Shown here: positions 34,705 through 39,930 of the stretch, piece after piece
Layout of the letters: every line of letters begins with the position of its first letter
How positions within the stretch are numbered: position 1 is the stretch's first letter
Origin: Chiloscyllium plagiosum
Taxonomy: Eukaryota
Length of the DNA: 39,930 nucleotides
Direction: 5' to 3'
Assembly: GCF_004010195.1 (NCBI RefSeq)
Contig: NC_057719.1
Span: forward strand, 48,668,085-48,708,014
Notes under the pieces: model-generated
What the model was told of the DNA's origin: nothing
Seen by the model: the letters and a program-made list of their open reading frames with translations, nothing else
The model's database searches: none
Translations under genes and position numbers: made by a program

Positions 34705-35016
34705 GGGGTGTCATGGTGGCACAGTGGTTAGCACTGCTGCATCATAGTACCAGAGACCTGGGTTCAATTCCTGCCTCAGGCAACTGACTGTGTGGAGTTT
34801 GCACATTCTCCCTGTGTCTGCGTGGGTTTCCTCCAGGTGCTCTGGTTTCCTCCCACAGTCCAAAAATGTGCAGGTTAGGTGAATTGGCCATGCTAAAATT
34901 GCCCGTAGTGTTAGGTGAAGGGGTAAATGTAGGGGAGTGGGTCTGGGTGGGTTGCGGGTTGGTGTGGACTTGTTGGGCCGAAGGGCCTGTTTCCACACTG
35001 TAAGTAATCTAATCTA
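34705..35016 (+). mobile_element. HE1 SINE, full length
   Basis: A box tggcacagtgg, B box ggttcaattcc, V-domain and taagtaatctaatcta tail. Confidence 0.95.
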
Positions 35017-35029
35017 CATAGACATTATG

Positions 35030-35187
35030 TGAAACTCCAAGGATACCTTTTTGACCAAGCTTCTGTTCCTCCCTATTGAAGTCCTTTTCTTTGACTAGGT
35101 TTCATTATTTATGTCTGAATTTGTTCCTGTGAAGTACCTTGGGAAATTTCAGTGGTGTTAAAGCTGCTATATAAGTACAAGTTGTTA
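35030..35187 (+). mobile_element. L2-type 3' tail remnant
   Basis: ctttttgaccaagcttctg...ctgtgaagtaccttggga...gttaaagctgctatataagtacaagttgtt. Confidence 0.55.
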
Positions 35188-37454
35188 ATTGATTCATTGT
35201 TTGATTTAAAAAAAAAACAGGGTAGTGGTGAAGTGTTCAATCTTTGAACTGAAAAATCAAAATTTTTGCAACAACGTTTTCAAGAGGCATGATGCATCAG
35301 TGCTTCCTAGTTGTGAAATTCTGCCCACGTAGTACTACCTTCTGCCAGCAAATGGAGCTGTTGCACTTTATAAATGAATAATTCAGTGCAGAACTTTAGT
35401 GGGGGTGTGGGACACCTACTGTTCCCTGTGAATGGCATGACAGAGTCAATCTGTTTTTGCTCAACCCCCGTATGAAGTTTCATGTTCATTGGTTAAACGA
35501 AAGTACCTGGGTTATGAGCAAAATTTAGTAACTTGCAGTTTTGTTATAAATATTGATTCCTAATTTGTTTAGTTTCCAACATAGTTCTCACTAATTTATG
35601 TCAATTTATTCAACAAATTTATTGTGTACTTAACACAAGTAATTAGTGAAATTTTAAATGCAAGTATATTTAACTCTTGCCTTCTGAATAAAGAGGAGCT
35701 CCAAATGATTGACACCACAATTGCCATGACTTGCAGATAAGCTTTAAAATATTAATAAAACAACAAATGATAGATTAAATTTCTGCATGCAATGCATCAC
35801 ATCATTAAGTCTGAAATTACCAGTAATTTAATCTTTAAAGGAATTATACTCATGGGGGTTCCTTATATGAAAAACATATAATGTTTTTATGCAAAATATT
35901 GTCTGCCTTGTACAATTAACCACTGTTTTGAGCTGCAAATGACTGCTATTCATCATCCTCTGGAGATGTTGTCTCACAGTTGTCACTGCCCATATTTAGA
36001 AGTAATTGGTTTATTTGTTTCTGGATAATTTCTCTCCTGCAGTCCCAGATAGGCATTTGGAAATTGTGTTTTAATTTTCTGGCAACTTTCAGGTGACAGT
36101 GACCAAATGATTTTTCACATGATTAAACTGCTGGGAATTCCATTTCAGTGAGTCAATTGGAGGAGTGAATTAAACAACAAAATGGTTTTCATGGTAAATG
36201 ATAATTACAGTAGTGTTAAGACTGCTGCAATTCAATGTGAATATCCAATGTTTCATTTACAATTGAATAAGCTTCTTTGAAAGCATGAAAATTACTTCAT
36301 CATCTTCAAGCCTGAGGAACAATTTATGCTTGTAATTGCAAACCATTATGTGCTATTAATTTTTAAATTTTAAAATATTTCTTCCATTCATTAGTTTTTC
36401 TATTTTCTTGTTTTGCTGTTTCTAATGACCTGATGGCACCTGTAATTATGACTTTTGTATGTGCCTTGAATGATTTAATGATTTTGCAAATTAAATAAAT
36501 CAATGATATAATGTACCTTTTGTCTAAGGAACTGAAAATCAAATCATTAATGGACCTTAAGTCTGGAACAATGTAAGGATTAATTGGTTAACCTCTTCTG
36601 GTCACATAATTAGCTGTTAAACTGCTTTTTTTTAATTGATGTTTTTGAAGCCGCAGTATTTTACTGTATCAGAAAACATACCACATTTTGAATTTATTCA
36701 ATAAGAAAGCTGAATTCAGAAACATTTCACATATGTAATGGTTTTACCAGTTTATTTTATTTCATTTCACTCGGTACAGAAGTGTATGGGCCCACATTCT
36801 CCAGGAAACACTGCCTTGTCCTCAATAAATAGGCAATAGCATGAGACTGATTGTTAAACAAAGTCTCATAAATCAACCCTTGCTGAAGCCTATGAACAGC
36901 TGGTACTCTCGGCACTGAGCCTATAGAAATTACAATTTAAAAATATAAACAGAGAAACCATTAGAGATAGATCCCACGTAAAAAAATGTTAACATTTGAG
37001 GAACAAATCCTTTGTTAAAACTGATCCAATAAAGCTTAAAATAATAATATCTATATTATTATTATTATAAACCTTATAAATCAGACAAACTTTTCTCCTT
37101 TCACGTGTTTACATGTTTGGTGTGTACTTCTAGCCTTTTTGATCATTTCAGACATCTCATATTTGTTGTTTTTTACCATTATCTGTATGATGTGATTTTA
37201 GACTCAATGAAGAAAAATATAAGCTTAGTGTGCCAAAAGGACAGAAGAGTAATGTCACAGGTTGTGTCATTTGTCATGGTTCTTTTTCAGGATTTTGATC
37301 AGGAATTGTCAAACTGTAGGATGTTATAATTTCTTGGAATATGATTCATGACAAAAATAAAGAAAAACTATTGCCCACATTTGCACTGTGAATAGAATAG
37401 TCGTAACAGTTGTGGCAGTGTGCTTCTCCTTTCCTAGCTGGGGAAAGGTAACAT

Positions 37455-38099
37455 TTCTAATATACAAGGCATTAAGTTCAAGACCCTTCCAGGATCTGAG
37501 CACAGAAATCAAGACTGACACTCCAATGTAGCACTGAGGGATTGTTGCACTATCAGAAATGTTGTCTTTTGGGTGAGATAGAAATCAAGGTCTTCATAGA
37601 ATCCCTACAGTGTGCTAACAGGCAGTAGAGGTCAACAGACCCTCCGAAAAGTATCCCACCCAAACCCACTCCTCATTACTCTACATTTACACCTGATTAA
37701 TGCACCTAGCCTATACATCCCTGAACACTATGGGCAATTTAGCATGACCAATTCACCTAACCTGCACATCTTTGGATTGTGGGAGGAAACTGGAGCATCT
37801 GAAGGAAACCCACACAGACACGGGGAGAATGTGCGAACTCCACATAGACTGTCACTCAAAGCTGGAATTGAACTCGGGTCCCTGGCACTGTGAGCCACCA
37901 TGCCGCCCCAAAGATCAACCAGTTATCTGCCCATTTGATTTACCCCATGTCTCCATTTCTTTAAGAAGTGCAAGGGTTATCCCTGGTGTCGAGCCATTGA
38001 GGATAACTAATGTCACCAAAATGGATGAGCTGTTTATTACTACATTGCTGTCATAGCAGTTTTCTGTGTACAAATTCTTTGTATACTGTTGTATATTAC
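37455..38099 (+). mobile_element. SacSINE1-like DeuSINE, split by an HE1 SINE and truncated by CR1
   Basis: B-box-like agttcaagacc and Deu-domain ctgacactccaatgtagcactgaggggattgttgcactatcagaaatgttgtcttttgggtgagat. Resumes at about 37925-38075. Confidence 0.7.
37594..37908 (-). mobile_element. HE1 SINE, older subfamily (GATTCTAT tail)
   Basis: V-domain and tRNA head in reverse, with small internal deletions. Confidence 0.92.
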
Positions 38100-39930
38100 A
38101 ACATAGAACATAGGACAATACAGTGCAGAACAGCCCTTCAGCCCTCGATGTTGCGACGACCTGTGAACTATTCTCAGCTCGTGCCCCTACACTATCCCAA
38201 AATCATCCATGTGCTTATCTAAGGATTGTTTAAATCTCCCTAATGTGGCTGAGTTGACTACATTAGCAGGTAGGGCATTCCACACCCTTACCACTTTCTG
38301 CGTAAAGAACCTGCCTCTGACAGCTGTCTTAAATCTATCACCCCTCAATTTGTAGTTATGCTCCCTCGTACAAGCTGACGTCATCATCCTAGGAAAAAAT
38401 CTTTCACTGTCTACCCTATCTAATCCTCTGATCATTTTGTATGCCTCTATCAAATCCCCCCTTAGTCTTCTTTTTTTCAATGAGAACAGACCCAAGTCTC
38501 TCACCCTTTCCTCATAAGATCTTCCCTCCAGACCAGGCACCATCCTGGCAAATCTCCTCTGCACCTTTTCCAGTGCTTCCACATCCTTCCTGTAATGGGG
38601 CGACCAGAACTGTACACAATATTCCAAGTGTGGCCGCACCGACGTTTTGTATAGTTGCAGCATGATATTGCGGTTCCGGAACTCAATCCCTCTATCAATG
38701 AAACCTAACACATCATATACCTTCTTAACAGCACCTGGGTAGCAACTTTCAGGGATCTATGCACATGGACTCCAAGATCCCTCTGCACATCCACATTACC
38801 AAGAATCTTTCCATCGACCCAGTACTCTGCCTTCCTGTTATTCTTCCCAAAGTGCATCACCTCACATTTGGCTGCATTGAACTCCATTTGCCACATCTCA
38901 GCCCAATTCTGCAGTTTACACAAGTCCCCCTGCAACCTGTAACATTCTTCCAAACTGTCCACTACTCCACCGACTTTAGTGTCGTCTGCAAATTTACTAA
39001 TCCATCCACCTATTCCTGCGTCAAAGTCATTTATAAAAATGAAAAACAGCATTGGTCCCAAAACAGATTCTTGTGACACACCACTAGTAACTGGACTCCA
39101 GACTGAATATTTTCCATCAACCACCACTCGCTGCCTTCTTTCAGAAAGCCAGTTTCTAATCCAAACTGCTAAATCACCCTTAATTCTATGCCTCTGCATT
39201 TTCTCCATCAGCCTACCATATGGAACCTTATCAAAGGCTTTACTGAAGTCCATGTATACCATGTCAACTGTCCTACCCTCATCTACATGCTTGGTTATCT
39301 TCTCAAAAAACTCAATGAGATTTGTGAGACATGATCTGCCCTTGACGAAACCATGTTGACTATCTGAAATCAAATTGTTGCTTGCTAGATGATTATAAAT
39401 CTTATCTCTTATAATCCTTTCCAACAACAGAAGTAAGGCTCACTAGTCAATAATTACCTGGGTCATCTCTGCTGCCCTTCTTGAACAAGGGCACAACGTT
39501 TGCAATCCTCCAGTCCTCAGGTACTAAACCTGTAGACAATGACAACTCAAAGCTCAAAGCCAAAGGCTCTGCTATCTCCTCCCTAGCTTCCCAGAGAATC
39601 CTTGGATAAATCCATCCGGCCCGGGGACCTGTCTACTTTCACTCCTTCTAGAATTGATAACACCTGTGCGTAACTAACTTCGATCCTTTCTAGTCTAATA
39701 TCTCGTACCTCATTCTTCTCCTCTACAATATTCTCCTTTTCCTGAGTGAACACCGATGAGAAATATTCGTTTAACATCTCTCCGATCTCTACAGAGTCCA
39801 TACTGAACATCCCACTTCTGTCTTTGATTGGCCCTATTTCTACCCTAATCATCCTTTTATTCCTCACATAACTATAGAAAGCTTTAGGGTTCTCCTTTAT
39901 TCTATTTGCTAAAGACTGCTCATGTCCTCT
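38100..39930 (-). mobile_element. Relatively young CR1 LINE, ORF2 linker-RT-C-terminus, continuing past the window end
   Basis: ORFs 39583-39867, 38705-39427 (QHGFVKGRSCLTNL, YMDFSKAFDKV, GVSQESVLGP, KFADDTK) and 38187-38711 are consecutive pieces broken by small deletions; tail at 38100-38115. Confidence 0.96.

Noticed and set aside
36841..36869. Hairpin atgagact..ttgtt/aacaa..agtctcat
   Set aside because: Too short and isolated to support an RNA or MITE call.
4033..39359. Numerous 60-130 aa ORFs such as 4033-4383, 11066-11251, 29827-30180, 34711-34998 and 38979-39359
   Set aside because: Antisense or alternative frames of CR1 and HE1 repeats; no evidence of host genes.
38187..39867. Longest ORFs (240, 174 and 94 aa) as a functional RT gene
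   Set aside because: They are consecutive pieces of one CR1 ORF2 broken by small deletions, and the PQGS motif is mutated to SQES.

Overview
Eukaryotic non-coding DNA, almost certainly from a shark. The repeat set (HE1-type V-SINEs with (AATCT)n tails, HER1/CR1 LINEs, SacSINE1-like DeuSINEs) is typical of elasmobranchs, and a carpet/bamboo shark is my guess. By rough tally about two-thirds of the window is transposon-derived: several CR1-clade LINE copies, fragments of a second LINE family that appears to start with a tRNA-derived SINE head, Penelope-like elements (PLEs) carrying hammerhead-ribozyme motifs, solo LTRs with 4-bp TSDs, a Tx1-like 3' end, a hAT MITE, and a very old hAT transposase fossil split by a deeply nested insertion stack. 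I found no intact protein-coding gene or recognisable host exon; the ORFs I can recognise are broken LINE/PLE fragments or their antisense frames. The most interesting signals are the SINE-headed LINE (28174-28661), two PLE insertions with inverted 5' ends and long TSDs (5282-6250 and 17452-17594), the hammerhead motifs, the hAT fossil, and a TE-free, homeodomain-motif-rich block near 35900-36630. Family names come from recalled consensus sequences, not database searches.
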